A DNA stretch of 64,000 nt, taken from Casimicrobiaceae bacterium. Lineage in GTDB: Bacteria; Pseudomonadota; Gammaproteobacteria; Burkholderiales; Casimicrobiaceae. Where the stretch lies: the NCBI GenBank assembly GCA_036493535.1, contig DASXPO010000133.1:2407-66406 (forward strand), written 5' to 3'. The position numbers were made by a program, and so were the translations under genes. The notes under the pieces were generated by a model. The model searched no databases. It was not told the origin of the DNA and was given only the letters and a program-made list of their open reading frames with translations. Of this stretch, positions 36,161-51,156 are shown piece by piece. Every line of letters starts with the position of its first letter. The first letter of the stretch is position 1.

Positions 36161-36484
36161 TTACCGCTCGAGATACTGCAGCTTTTCTTTGACATCCTTC
36201 CACTCGTCGGCGTCTTCCGGCGCCGGCTTCCGTTCGATAATCGGCTTCCAAACCTTCGAAAGCTCGGCGTTCAACGCCTTGAACGGTTGCTGATCGCCGG
36301 GCACGTCGTCTTCAGCAAAAATGGCCTCGACCGGACACTCGGCGACGCACAGCGTGCAATCGATGCATTCGTCGGGATCGATCACCAGGAAATTCGGCCC
36401 TTCCCTGAAACAATCGACGGGACAAACATCGACGCAATCGGTGTATTTGCAGCGGATGCAGGTCTCGGTTACGACGTAAGTCAT
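36161..36484 (-). CDS. fdxA: 7Fe ferredoxin
   Basis: [55 protein letters not shown]. Confidence 0.9.
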   Translation of the reverse strand: MTYVVTETCIRCKYTDCVDVCPVDCFREGPNFLVIDPDECIDCTLCVAECPVEAIFAEDDVPGDQQPFKALNAELSKVWKPIIERKPAPEDADEWKDVKEKLQYLER

Positions 36485-36638
36485 GCCAAATCGCGCGACT
36501 ACACAAAGACCTTGAATTCTAGCAGATCGCGCCTTACCTTCCGACGTACGGACCACCCCGTGGGTAACCTACGGTAAAATATGCGAATCTGCGGTCGTGC
36601 GACACCTTATGCGACGGCCGGATGCAGAGAGGATATCG

Positions 36639-36965
36639 ATGAGTGACATGATCAAGCAGGTTTCGGACACGACATTCGAGCAGGACGTACTAAAGTCCGC
36701 CAACCCGGTGCTGGTCGACTTCTGGGCTGAATGGTGCGGTCCATGCAAGATGTTCGCCCCGGTGCTGGACGAGGTCGCGAAGACCTATGAGGGGAAGCTG
36801 ACCATTGCCAAGCTCGACATCGACGCCAATCCGGCGACGCCGGGCCGGTATGGGATTCGCGGCATTCCCACGGTGATCCTGTACAAGGGCGGTCAAGTCC
36901 ATGCGCAAAAGGTGGGCGCGCTCACCAAGTCGCAGCTCACTGCATTTCTTGACAGCAACCTCTAA
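36639..36965 (+). CDS. trxA: thioredoxin
   Basis: [18 protein letters not shown]...GIRGIPT, 108 aa. Confidence 0.95.
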   Translation: MSDMIKQVSDTTFEQDVLKSANPVLVDFWAEWCGPCKMFAPVLDEVAKTYEGKLTIAKLDIDANPATPGRYGIRGIPTVILYKGGQVHAQKVGALTKSQLTAFLDSNL

Positions 36966-37188
36966 CCCCGTTACCCTCTTTTTCGACTGAACTCCGCGTG
37001 GATTGACCGCAGGGGTTCAGCCGGCGCCCGAGACGGCCAGCCTGTGCTGGTGCTCTAAACGCCGGAAAGAGATTCCCGGCGCCATCGCCTTCCTTCGAGG
37101 CGCCGGTAGTTCCCAAAATCCTGACCCCGCGCTGTTGATCGGCCATCGAAGGCCGTCTTTCGTCGTACTCGCACGACTCTCCTTCCCC

Positions 37189-38448
<1,260 letters not shown>

Positions 38449-38538
38449 CGCCCGTTTCGAAGTCCCGCTGTCCTACTTAAGCTTTTGATCTTTCGGCGTA
38501 ATTCGACCCACTTGCCTTACGCGCTACGCAACCCAATC

Positions 38539-38567
38539 TTGTTCGACATCCGAGAATCGGCGATAAT
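38539..38567 (+). promoter_or_regulatory. candidate sigma-70 promoter for rpmE
   Basis: TTGTTC-N17-GATAAT, about 115 nt upstream of the rpmE ATG. Pattern match only. Confidence 0.35.
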
Positions 38568-38684
38568 GCTCGTTTTTCCCGCGTGGCCGGCAACAGGCGG
38601 CCTATGCCGTGTGGCTGATTTCGGCGGCGGGATTTCCGGTGCATGATCGTTCCCGCATTCCGGACCAAGCGAAAGGCGAGAGAA

Positions 38685-38909
38685 ATGAAAGCCGATATCC
38701 ACCCCAAATACAATGAAATCGACGTGACCTGCAGCTGCGGTGTCACGTTCAAGACGCGCTCGACGATCAACAAGCCGTTGCATGTCGAAGTGTGCTCGGC
38801 GTGCCACCCCTTCTACACCGGCAAACAAAAGATCATGGATACCGCGGGGCGTGTCGAGAAGTTCCGCCAGCGCTATGGACAAAAGACCCCGAGCACGCCG
38901 GCGTCGTAG
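38685..38909 (+). CDS. rpmE: 50S ribosomal protein L31 (Zn-ribbon type A)
   Basis: [49 protein letters not shown]. Confidence 0.9.
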   Translation: MKADIHPKYNEIDVTCSCGVTFKTRSTINKPLHVEVCSACHPFYTGKQKIMDTAGRVEKFRQRYGQKTPSTPAS

Positions 38910-38931
38910 CACACCACAGCGAATCGTCGTC

Positions 38932-38956
38932 AAAAAGGCAGCTTCGGCTGCCTTTT
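38932..38956 (+). terminator. intrinsic terminator after rpmE
   Basis: aaaaaggcagc-ttcg-gctgccttttt. Confidence 0.8.
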
Positions 38957-38995
38957 TCGTTGCACAGCAGCCCGCGAGCCGCCATCCTCTCGCCA

Positions 38996-42908
<3,913 letters not shown>

Positions 42909-42957
42909 CGCGGCATAGAATTGCGCCCATAAGTTTCAACAAGCCAGGGAGGCGGTG

Positions 42958-43509
42958 ATGCTCGACCGCTTGAAGGGAATCCTGTTTGAACCGCGCGCCG
43001 AATGGCCGAAGATCGCCGCCGAGCCCGCGACGACGCAGTCGATTTACGCGAGCTGGGTGGCGATTCTCGCGGCGATCGGGCCGCTTGCCATTCTCGCTGC
43101 CGGCGGCGAAGCGCGAGTCCAAACCGCGGTTGGACTGTATCTGATGGCGCTGATCATCACGTTCATCATCGCGCTCATCGTCGATGCGCTCGCACCGGCG
43201 TTCGGCGGCACGAAGGACTTCGTGGGCGCGCTCAAGCTGGCTGCGTACAGTTATACGGCGGCATGGATCGCCGGCGTCTTCCACGTTCTCGGCGTCGCGG
43301 GCGCGGTGCTGGCGCTGCTTGCAACCATCTATTCGTGGTACACGTTCTACGTCGGCGCGCCGGTGCTGAACAAATGCACGAACGACAAGGCAGTGCCGTT
43401 CACGATCGTCGTCGTGCTGTGCGGCTTCGCGCTGGGCTTGCTCTTCAGCATCGCGCTGTCAGGACTTGGCATCATCCCGAAGGTCAGCGGAACGCCGATC
43501 ATGCACTGA
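42958..43509 (+). CDS. Yip1-family membrane protein
   Basis: MLDRLKGILFEPRAEWPKIAAEPATTQSIY..., five hydrophobic segments, and a gggagg RBS. Confidence 0.65.
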   Translation: MLDRLKGILFEPRAEWPKIAAEPATTQSIYASWVAILAAIGPLAILAAGGEARVQTAVGLYLMALIITFIIALIVDALAPAFGGTKDFVGALKLAAYSYTAAWIAGVFHVLGVAGAVLALLATIYSWYTFYVGAPVLNKCTNDKAVPFTIVVVLCGFALGLLFSIALSGLGIIPKVSGTPIMH

Positions 43510-43512
43510 TCC

Positions 43513-44073
43513 CTAATTCCCGGAGTGGCTTGGCTCGTCGTACGACGGCGGCATCACCGGATGCGCGAAGCCGTAGAGACGCTCGCGACGCGTCTGCGGC
43601 TTCATGTGAATATAGCGCTCGAGTTCGAGGAGCGCGCGCCGGTACACCTCGCGCTTGAAATCGATGACCGTCTCGAGCGGCACCCAGTATTCGTGCCAGC
43701 GCCACGCATCGAACTCGGGATGCTCGGTGGCGCGAAGCGTTACGTCGTTATCGCGACCCGTGAGGCGCAGAAGATACCAAATCTGCTTTTGCCCGCGATA
43801 ACTGCCGCGCCATTCGCGCTTGATCCAGTGTTGCGGAACGTCGTATCGCAGCCAATCGCGCGTACGGCCCAGAATCTTCACGTGCTGCGAACGGAGTCCC
43901 ACTTCCTCGCGCAACTCCCGGTACATCGCCTGTTCGGGTGCCTCACCGGAATTGATGCCACCCTGCGGAAATTGCCACGCGTGCTCGCGGATCCGTTTGC
44001 CCCAAAAGACCTGGTTTCTGCCGTTGACGATGACGATGGCGACGTTCGGGCGATAGCCGTCACGGTCGAGCAT
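43513..44073 (-). CDS. rppH: RNA pyrophosphohydrolase (Nudix)
   Basis: [27 protein letters not shown]...[28 protein letters not shown]. Confidence 0.9.
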   Translation of the reverse strand: MLDRDGYRPNVAIVIVNGRNQVFWGKRIREHAWQFPQGGINSGEAPEQAMYRELREEVGLRSQHVKILGRTRDWLRYDVPQHWIKREWRGSYRGQKQIWYLLRLTGRDNDVTLRATEHPEFDAWRWHEYWVPLETVIDFKREVYRRALLELERYIHMKPQTRRERLYGFAHPVMPPSYDEPSHSGN

Positions 44074-44226
44074 CGCGATCCACCCTGATGCAATAAAGTT
44101 GCAATCATTGTTGCACAGGACGACGCTGTTGCCTAGCGGCGACAGTTACGAAGCGACACGCGGAGCGGACGCGCCGCTCCATTCGGCGTTTGAAACAAGC
44201 GCTGCGCACTACAACGACACACCCGA

Positions 44227-45240
44227 TTAGTGCCGATGCGGCTCGGATTCGCGCGGCGTCAACGACACCTTCATTACGCGATCCCGTCGAACGACCTCGA
44301 CTTCGGTCACGCGACCGATGGCGTCGCCGACCAGGAGCCGTTGCAAATCGTCGATGTTGGCGACCGGGTGACCGGCGAGCGCGATGATGACATCGCTGCG
44401 TCGCAAATCCGCGGTTGCCGCAGGCGATCCGGCTTCGAGCGATTCGATGCGAACGCCCGATTCGCGCAGCAAACCGAAGTGACGAACGATCCGGCGCGGC
44501 AACGCCAATGTCTGTCCGCCGACGCCAAGGTATGCGCGCCGCACGCGGCCCTCGCGAATCAGCGCAATCGCAACCCGCTCGGCGGTCGATGCGCCGATCG
44601 CAAAGCAAATGCCTTGCGCCGGGAGGATCACCGCCGTATTGACGCCGATGACGCGCGATTGCGTGTCGATCAGCGGACCGCCCGAGTTGCCGGGATTGAG
44701 CGCAGCGTCGGTTTGCAGCACGTTGTCGAGCAGGCGACCTGTTTGCGCGCGCATCGAGCGCCCCAGCGCGCTCACGATGCCCGCGGTCACCGTGTGCTGA
44801 AATCCGTATGGACTGCCGATCGCAATCGCGATCTGTCCGACGCGCACGCGCGACGAGTCGCCGAACCGACACCAGGCGAGATCGCCCGCGGCAACTTTCA
44901 AAAGCGCGAGATCGGAATGCGGATCGTCGCCGACGATTGTCGCCGACGCCGTGCGGCCATCCGGCAACGTGACTTCGATCGCGGACGCGCCACCTGCGAC
45001 ATGGCTATTGGTGACGAGATAGCCGTCGGGCGTGATGATGAAACCCGATCCGGAGCCTTCGCGACCCGAACGGAACGCCTTGGCGCGTTCGACCCGAACG
45101 TGCGCGACGGCGGGCGCGACACCGGCAACCGCCGTCGTAACGGCTTGCGAATACGCGTCAAGCAGCGCGGCGTCGCCCGGCGGCGGCACTGCGCCGAGGG
45201 GTCCGGAAGACTCTTCCGAACCAGGAAGATCAAGCGGCAT
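44227..45240 (-). CDS. trypsin-like serine protease with C-terminal PDZ (HtrA family), no signal peptide
   Basis: GSGFIITPDGYLVTNSHV...DLALLK...TDAALNPGNSGGPL, then a PDZ-like region. Confidence 0.85.
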   Translation of the reverse strand: MPLDLPGSEESSGPLGAVPPPGDAALLDAYSQAVTTAVAGVAPAVAHVRVERAKAFRSGREGSGSGFIITPDGYLVTNSHVAGGASAIEVTLPDGRTASATIVGDDPHSDLALLKVAAGDLAWCRFGDSSRVRVGQIAIAIGSPYGFQHTVTAGIVSALGRSMRAQTGRLLDNVLQTDAALNPGNSGGPLIDTQSRVIGVNTAVILPAQGICFAIGASTAERVAIALIREGRVRRAYLGVGGQTLALPRRIVRHFGLLRESGVRIESLEAGSPAATADLRRSDVIIALAGHPVANIDDLQRLLVGDAIGRVTEVEVVRRDRVMKVSLTPRESEPHRH

Positions 45241-45315
45241 GCGACTTCAGATGACGCCGGTTCGCCGGCGTTTCAACTGCCGCCTGTCTGGGTCCCTGGT
45301 CACGCGCGGTTCTGC

Positions 45316-46494
45316 CTAGATCGCCCCATCCGCGCGCAAGCGCGCGATTGTCGGGGCATCGAAATCGAGCTCTCGCAAAATCGCATCGGTGTGTTGCCCG
45401 AGCGCAGGCACGGGATCCATCCGCGGCGTAACGCTGCTCGGCAATGCCGGCGGAAGAAGGGCGGCAATGCGACCCGCCGGGGTGTCGACCTCCGTCCAGC
45501 GGCTGCGTGCCTTGAGTTGCGCATGCTCCCATACCTCATGCATGTCGTTCATCCGCGCATTGGCGATCTGTGCGGCATCGAGACGGGCAACGACCTCTTC
45601 GGCGGTGAGATCGCGAAATGCATCGACGATGATCGTCCGCAGCTCCTCGCGCGCGGCCGCCCTCCTGGAGTTCGACGCGAAGCGCGGATCGGCTGCCAGC
45701 GTCGCGTTGCGCAGCACTTTGTCGCAGAACACGTTCCATTCACGCTCGTTTTGCAAACCCAGCATGACGATCTTGCCGTCACCGGCGGCAAATGGGCCGT
45801 AGGGATAAATCGTTGCGTGCGCGGCGCCCGTGCGTGGCGGCGGCGGCGCGCCTTCGTGTGCGTAGTAGAGCGGATAGCTCATCCACTCGACCATCGTTTC
45901 GAGGAGCGCCACTTCGATTCGGCAGCCGCGTCCGGTACGCTCGCGCCCGAGCAATGCCGCGAGAATGCTGCTGTACGCATACATCGCCGCGGAAATATCG
46001 GCGATCGAGCAGCCGGCTTTCGCGGGATCGTCCGGCGTGCCGGTGATCGATAGAAAACCGGACTCGCTCTGGATCAAAAGATCGTAGGCCTTCTTGTCGC
46101 GATACGGACCGGAATCGCCGTAGCCCGAGATATCGCACACGACCAGTCGCGGATACCTTGCTTCGAGCGTCTCATAGGAAAGTCCGAGCCGCGCGGCGGC
46201 GCCCGGCGCAAGGTTTTGCACCAGCACATCGGCTTCGTGCAGCAGTCGCTCGAGAATCGCAGCGGCGTCGCGATGCTTGACATCGAGCGTCAGACTTTCC
46301 TTCGAGCGATTGGTCCAGACGAAATGCGAGGCGAGGCCGCGCACGCGCTCGTCGTAGCCGCGGGCGAAATCGCCGGTGCCCGGACGCTCGACCTTGATGA
46401 CGCGCGCGCCCAGGTCAGCGAGCTGGCGCGTGCAAAACGGCCCCGCGATCGCGTGCTCCAGCGTGACGACGGTGATGCCTTCCAGCGGAAGCAT
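45316..46494 (-). CDS. family III (CaiB/BaiF) CoA-transferase
   Basis: MLPLEGITVVTLEHAIAGPFCTRQLADLGARVIKVERPGTGDFARGY... Start is an internal ATG of ORF 45316..46734. Confidence 0.85.
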   Translation of the reverse strand: MLPLEGITVVTLEHAIAGPFCTRQLADLGARVIKVERPGTGDFARGYDERVRGLASHFVWTNRSKESLTLDVKHRDAAAILERLLHEADVLVQNLAPGAAARLGLSYETLEARYPRLVVCDISGYGDSGPYRDKKAYDLLIQSESGFLSITGTPDDPAKAGCSIADISAAMYAYSSILAALLGRERTGRGCRIEVALLETMVEWMSYPLYYAHEGAPPPPRTGAAHATIYPYGPFAAGDGKIVMLGLQNEREWNVFCDKVLRNATLAADPRFASNSRRAAAREELRTIIVDAFRDLTAEEVVARLDAAQIANARMNDMHEVWEHAQLKARSRWTEVDTPAGRIAALLPPALPSSVTPRMDPVPALGQHTDAILRELDFDAPTIARLRADGAI

Positions 46495-46498
46495 GAAC

Positions 46499-47674
46499 TT
46501 AGAATGAGCGTGGCAGGCCGAGCACGTGCTCGGCGACGTACGACAAAATAAGATTCGTCGAGATCGGGGCGACCTGATAGAGCCGTGTCTCTCGAAACTT
46601 GCGCTCGACATCGTACTCGCTCGCGAACCCGAATCCGCCGTACGTCTGCAGACAGGCGTTGGCGGCCTCCCATGACGCTTTAGCCGCAAGATATTTCGCC
46701 ATGTTCGCTTCCGCGCCGCAAGGCAGATTGGCATCGAAGAGCTCGCAGGCGCGAAAGCGCATGAGATTCGCGGCTTCGACTTCGATATAGGACTCCGCCA
46801 GCGGAAATTGCACGCCCTGATTCTTGCCGATCGGCCGATCGAACACGATTCGCTCGCTCGCGTATTTCGCAGCTCGATCGATGAACCAGTAGCCGTCGCC
46901 GATGCATTCGGCGGCGATCAGCGTGCGCTCGGCGTTCAATCCATCTAGAATGTATTTGAAGCCCTTCCCCTCTTCGCCAATTAGATTCTCGGTGGAGATT
47001 TCGAGGCCGTCGAAGAACAGCTCGTTCGTCTCATGGTTGACCATGTTCGCGATCGGCCGCACGGTGAGCCCATGGCCGATCGCCTGATGCAAATCGACGA
47101 TGAAAATCGACATCCCATCCGATTTTCGCTTCACTTCGCCGAACGGCGTCGTGCGCGCGAGAAGGATCATCAGATCCGAGTGTTGGACGCGAGAAATCCA
47201 GACTTTTTGTCCGTTGACAACGTAACGATCGCGTTTTTTCTGCGCCGTCGTCTTGAGCTTCGTCGTGTCCGTTCCCGTGGTCGGCTCGGTCACGGCCATC
47301 GATTGCAAGCGCAACGCCCCCGTCGCGATCGCCGGGAGAAATTTGCGCTTCTGCGCCTCCGAGCCGTGACGTAGCAACGTTCCCATGTTGTACATCTGTC
47401 CGTGGCACGCGCCGGAGTTGCCGCCGCAACGATTGATCTCCTCCATGATGACCGACGCTTCGGCGAGGCCAAGTCCGGAGCCGCCGTATTCCTGCGGGAT
47501 CAATGCCGCGAGCCAACCCGCCTGGGTCAGCGCGTCGACGAATGCATCGGGATAACCACGCGCCTCGTCGATCTTGCGAAAATAGCTGTCCGGAAATTCA
47601 GCGCACAGCGCACGCACGCCCTCGCGAATGTCTTGATACCGATCGGCATTGTTCTCGCTGGTGCTCATGCTCAT
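46499..47674 (-). CDS. acyl-CoA dehydrogenase
   Basis: ...LIPQEYGGSGL...AVTEPTTGTDT...QTYGGFGFASEYDVERKFRETRL. Confidence 0.85.
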   Translation of the reverse strand: MSMSTSENNADRYQDIREGVRALCAEFPDSYFRKIDEARGYPDAFVDALTQAGWLAALIPQEYGGSGLGLAEASVIMEEINRCGGNSGACHGQMYNMGTLLRHGSEAQKRKFLPAIATGALRLQSMAVTEPTTGTDTTKLKTTAQKKRDRYVVNGQKVWISRVQHSDLMILLARTTPFGEVKRKSDGMSIFIVDLHQAIGHGLTVRPIANMVNHETNELFFDGLEISTENLIGEEGKGFKYILDGLNAERTLIAAECIGDGYWFIDRAAKYASERIVFDRPIGKNQGVQFPLAESYIEVEAANLMRFRACELFDANLPCGAEANMAKYLAAKASWEAANACLQTYGGFGFASEYDVERKFRETRLYQVAPISTNLILSYVAEHVLGLPRSF

Positions 47675-48522
47675 CAAGCGATCCTCGCCGTCGCGTCCAT
47701 CGCGAGGCGGCCATCGTGGCCCTTCGCCCACAGCGCGATCGTTTTGCCGTCGTCCTCGGGACGGCCGCACACTGCGAACGATGCATTGTCGAACAACGGA
47801 TTCACGGCACGGAATTGAAAACGTGTCACGCGGGCATCCGGCATGTCGCGGGCGAGGAGATCGAGAAGCAACGTCGCGAGCAGAGGGCCGTGCACGACGA
47901 GTCCGGGATAGCCTTCGACGCCCGTTACATACGGATGATCATAGTGAATGCGGTGGCTGTTGAAGGTCAGCGCGGAATAGCGAAACAGCAGGACCGGCGT
48001 TGGATGGATTTCGCGCATCCAGCGATGATCGCCGCGCGCCGTCTTGGGGGCCTGCGCGCTTGGCCCCTGGTCGAGACCACGATAGACAATGTCGTGCTCG
48101 TCGGTAAGCAGCTGCTCTCCTCCGGATGCAATCTCATGTCGGACAGTGACGAAGACGAGCGTTCCGGAGCGGCCCTCCTTCACGTTGACATCGGTGATAT
48201 GCGACTCGCGGTGAATCGCAGCGCCAATCTGCAACGGCCGGAAGAATTCCATTCGACTGCCGGCCCACATGCGCCGCGGCAGCGGCACCGGCGGCAAAAA
48301 GCCGCCTCGCTTCGGATGTCCATCGGGACCGGCGTCCGCCAACGGTTCCATCGTCAGGAAATACAACCAATGCCACGGTGGCGGAAGCGGATCGCCGCGC
48401 TCGAATCGTAATGTGCGGTCGAGCGTCGCCGCGAGCGCCCGCGCTTGCGTCGCGGTCACCGCGTCGTCGGCAGTCGCACGCTTGCCGATCCAGTTGCGTA
48501 GGCTATCGAGTGTTTGGCCCAT
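47674..48522 (-). CDS. double hot-dog (FAS1-like/MaoC-like) acyl-CoA hydratase
   Basis: ...PPWHWLYF...RRMWAG...FRYSALTFNSHRIHYD...GYPGLVVHGPL. Its stop shares 1 nt with the ACAD start. Confidence 0.7.
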   Translation of the reverse strand: MGQTLDSLRNWIGKRATADDAVTATQARALAATLDRTLRFERGDPLPPPWHWLYFLTMEPLADAGPDGHPKRGGFLPPVPLPRRMWAGSRMEFFRPLQIGAAIHRESHITDVNVKEGRSGTLVFVTVRHEIASGGEQLLTDEHDIVYRGLDQGPSAQAPKTARGDHRWMREIHPTPVLLFRYSALTFNSHRIHYDHPYVTGVEGYPGLVVHGPLLATLLLDLLARDMPDARVTRFQFRAVNPLFDNASFAVCGRPEDDGKTIALWAKGHDGRLAMDATARIA

Positions 48523-48546
48523 GTCGATCGCGCGCGTGCTTGCCTG

Positions 48547-50016
48547 TCACGTTGGCAGCGTCGACAGCATCCGCGCCTTTTTCTGATCGGTGATGTCCAT
48601 GCACGCGCCGATATAGCCGACGAATGTGCCGTCCGGGGCAAACCGAGGCACACCGTGATCGACGACCCAGCGATGTTCGCCGTCGAAACGACGCAGACGA
48701 TATTCCATCGTGAAAGGCTGTCGCGAATCGAATGCGGCGGCGTAGACGGCGAGGCAGCGCTGAAAATCTTCCGAATGCACGCCCTCCGCCCACCCGTCGC
48801 CCAATTCCTGTTCCATCGTTCGCCCGGTGAACTCGAGCCATTGACGATTGAAGTAGTCGCAGGCCTTCGTCGAATCGGACATCCAGATCAATACCGGAGC
48901 GCTGTCGGCCGTCGCTCGAAAGCGTGCTTCGCTCTCCTGCAATGCCGCTTGGGCGTGGCGCGCACGCGTAACATCGCGGAAGACGACGACATGTCCAATC
49001 GGTTCGCCGCCCGTCGAAACGATCGGCGCGGCACTGTCCTCGATCGGGTAACGCTTGCCCTTGCGATCGACGAGCAGGATGCTCGGAGGATGGCCGGCCC
49101 TCACGTCGTCCATCGAACGACTCATCGGCAACGGCGCGCGTCTACTGGTCTTCTCGTCGACCAACTCCATCACTTTCATCAGCGGCACGCCGCGCGCGTC
49201 GCGCAAGCGCCAGCCCGTCAACCGCTCCGCCGAAGGATTGAGAAACGTGATGAGTCCGTCCGTGTCGGTGGTGATCACCGCCTCGTCGATCGCCTCGAGC
49301 GTCACCTTGATCCGATCGCGCTCATGACGAAGCTCGACTTCGATCGATTGCAACTCGGCATTGCGGACCTGCGTCACCGCCGATAGACGCTCCGCCTCCG
49401 CCGCCGTCGCGCGCATCGCGGACGTGATGACGCCGATGGCAAGCGCCGTCGCGGCGAATACGCCGACCGAGACGACATGGGCCAATTGGTATGGCGGCAG
49501 ATCGCTGGCGCCCTGCAACGTCCATCGCCACGCGATCACGATTGAAATCGCGACGGCAAGCGCGGAGGGACCGAACCCGCCGACCCACGCAGCCAGCGCA
49601 ACGCCCAAAAAGAACGTGATGTAGGGGACCGAATCGCCGAGTACCGGATGGAGCCATATCCGCAGCAGCGCCGACAGCCCCACGGCGACGATCGCCGCGA
49701 AATAGCGAAAGGCCGCCGGCCAATCGTAGAAACCGAAGCGGAGCCGCGCGGGTTTTTCGGCGTCGGGGGGCGGCGCCTCGGGTGCGGTCGCGCGCTCGCT
49801 GTCGAGCAACGGGTCGAGCAGCCAAGCGAGCGTCAGGGCGACGAGCGACGGAAGGCCGAAGCCCAGCGCCGCAACGATCACCGCGGTGCGGAAATCATCG
49901 ACGCCGCGCGTCCACCATAGCGCCCAGACGACCACGATGATGCCGAATCCAAGCGCGCCCGCGCCGATCCAGTTCAGCGCTCGCGTGATCCGTTGCACGT
50001 CGGACTGATAGGCCAT
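48547..50016 (-). CDS. membrane sensor with DUF4118-like region and two PAS domains, no output domain
   Basis: Six hydrophobic segments. PAS1: LEAIDEAVITTDTDGLITFLNPSAERLTGW. PAS2: FRATADSAPVLIWMSD...EYRLRRFDGEHRWV. The protein ends at ...CMDITDQKKARMLSTLPT. Confidence 0.8.
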   Translation of the reverse strand: MAYQSDVQRITRALNWIGAGALGFGIIVVVWALWWTRGVDDFRTAVIVAALGFGLPSLVALTLAWLLDPLLDSERATAPEAPPPDAEKPARLRFGFYDWPAAFRYFAAIVAVGLSALLRIWLHPVLGDSVPYITFFLGVALAAWVGGFGPSALAVAISIVIAWRWTLQGASDLPPYQLAHVVSVGVFAATALAIGVITSAMRATAAEAERLSAVTQVRNAELQSIEVELRHERDRIKVTLEAIDEAVITTDTDGLITFLNPSAERLTGWRLRDARGVPLMKVMELVDEKTSRRAPLPMSRSMDDVRAGHPPSILLVDRKGKRYPIEDSAAPIVSTGGEPIGHVVVFRDVTRARHAQAALQESEARFRATADSAPVLIWMSDSTKACDYFNRQWLEFTGRTMEQELGDGWAEGVHSEDFQRCLAVYAAAFDSRQPFTMEYRLRRFDGEHRWVVDHGVPRFAPDGTFVGYIGACMDITDQKKARMLSTLPT

Positions 50017-50282
50017 GGCCGATCAACGGGTTATCGGTACTTCAACGGACGCGCCGGTTGTGGAAGGAACGTCGCTAGATTAGCGCGGTTCGGTCGGGGA
50101 CGTCGAATAACGCGGGTCTGCCGTGGAGATCGCCTTGTAGGACAAAGGACGCGCAGCGGTCCTACAGTGCCAGCGTCCGCCTCCGATAACCGGCCCTGAG
50201 CCGAGAGCCGATCATCGGACAGCAACCTTTCCGCGGCTGGGTGGGGCGTGGCTGTTCTTCCCCATGTTGCGATGGAGGCTCC

Positions 50283-50882
50283 ATGATCAAGACAGTGGTT
50301 GGTTTCTTCGACAACGCCGACGATGCCGATCGGGCAACACGCGATTTGCACAACCTCGGCTTCCCTGACGCCGACATCAATCTGGTTGTCAGCAACGTAA
50401 GCCAGGGGGATGTCGAGACTGAGCTGCCGGTCCTTGGCGACGGAACCGGCCCCATTGCGAAGGGTGCGGTGGCCGGAGGGGTACTCGGCGGAGCGGCCGG
50501 CCTGGCGGCAAGTCTTGCCGGGCTCGCGATTCCCGGCATTGGTCCGATCCTTACCGCTGGACCGATCATCGCGACGTTGGCCGGTGCAGGCGCGGGTGCC
50601 GTGGCCGGCAGCGTGATCGCCCGTTTAACCGACCTCGGCGTCGAGAAAACGGATGCGACGCTTTACGCCGAGGCCGTGCGACGAGGCGGCACGCTCGTTA
50701 CCCTGCGTACCGATGAAAGGCGTGCCGACGAGGCATCCGCGGTGCTGCGCGATGCTGGGGCGATCGACATCGCGCGGCGGGCCGAGGATTGGGGTGCGAC
50801 CGGCTCCATCGGAGGCGCGAGCGGTGAGCCGTGCGCGCGGGCGCCGATATCCGGAGACAACCACACGCACTTCCCACGCTGA
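50283..50882 (+). CDS. general-stress-type protein (YflT-like N-domain plus glycine-zipper region)
   Basis: MIKTVVGFFDNADDADRATRDLHNLGF..., then GAVAGGVLGGAAGLAASLAGLAIPGIGP. ggagg RBS. Confidence 0.6.
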   Translation: MIKTVVGFFDNADDADRATRDLHNLGFPDADINLVVSNVSQGDVETELPVLGDGTGPIAKGAVAGGVLGGAAGLAASLAGLAIPGIGPILTAGPIIATLAGAGAGAVAGSVIARLTDLGVEKTDATLYAEAVRRGGTLVTLRTDERRADEASAVLRDAGAIDIARRAEDWGATGSIGGASGEPCARAPISGDNHTHFPR

Positions 50883-51156
50883 GGAACCGTTACGCCGGTG
50901 ACATCGATCCGTCGTCGACGTCGCGCATGCGCCGACGTGCGGATTGCGCGCCGAAGATCGCGAGCGCGGCCATCCGACATCGAGAAAGAAGCAGGAGTTA
51001 CGGGCGCCTTTTTGATCCGCCTCTGATCGCGATGGCGCCGCCATCGACAGCGTCATAGCGGTGTCAATGGCCGCTCGTGCGGGTGAGCGATAATTGCCAA
51101 TCGAAAGGGCGCTTCGCTGCGAAGACGCCTTCGTCTTCCGACTTCATCGAACCCGC

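Noticed and set aside
36966-37188. Long leader upstream of rho, considered as a possible independent RNA element or small ORF.
   Set aside because: Long 5' leaders are expected for autoregulated rho. I saw no conserved structure that I can name.
44230-46053. 607-aa plus-strand ORF. Other long ORFs of the same kind: 8668..9825(-), 15624..16892(+), 19267..20463(-), 23928..25346(+), 25466..27457(+), 38740..40479(+), 5346..6512(+).
   Set aside because: All are Arg/Ala/His-rich and antisense or out-of-frame to genes with clear family motifs. This is the typical stop-codon paucity of high-GC DNA.
50062-50090. GGAAC-N16-GGTT upstream of the general-stress-type gene, resembling EcfG/ECF-type promoters (GGAAC-N16/17-CGTT).
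   Set aside because: The -10 does not match (GGTT rather than CGTT). EcfG regulons are alphaproteobacterial, and a single occurrence is not evidence.
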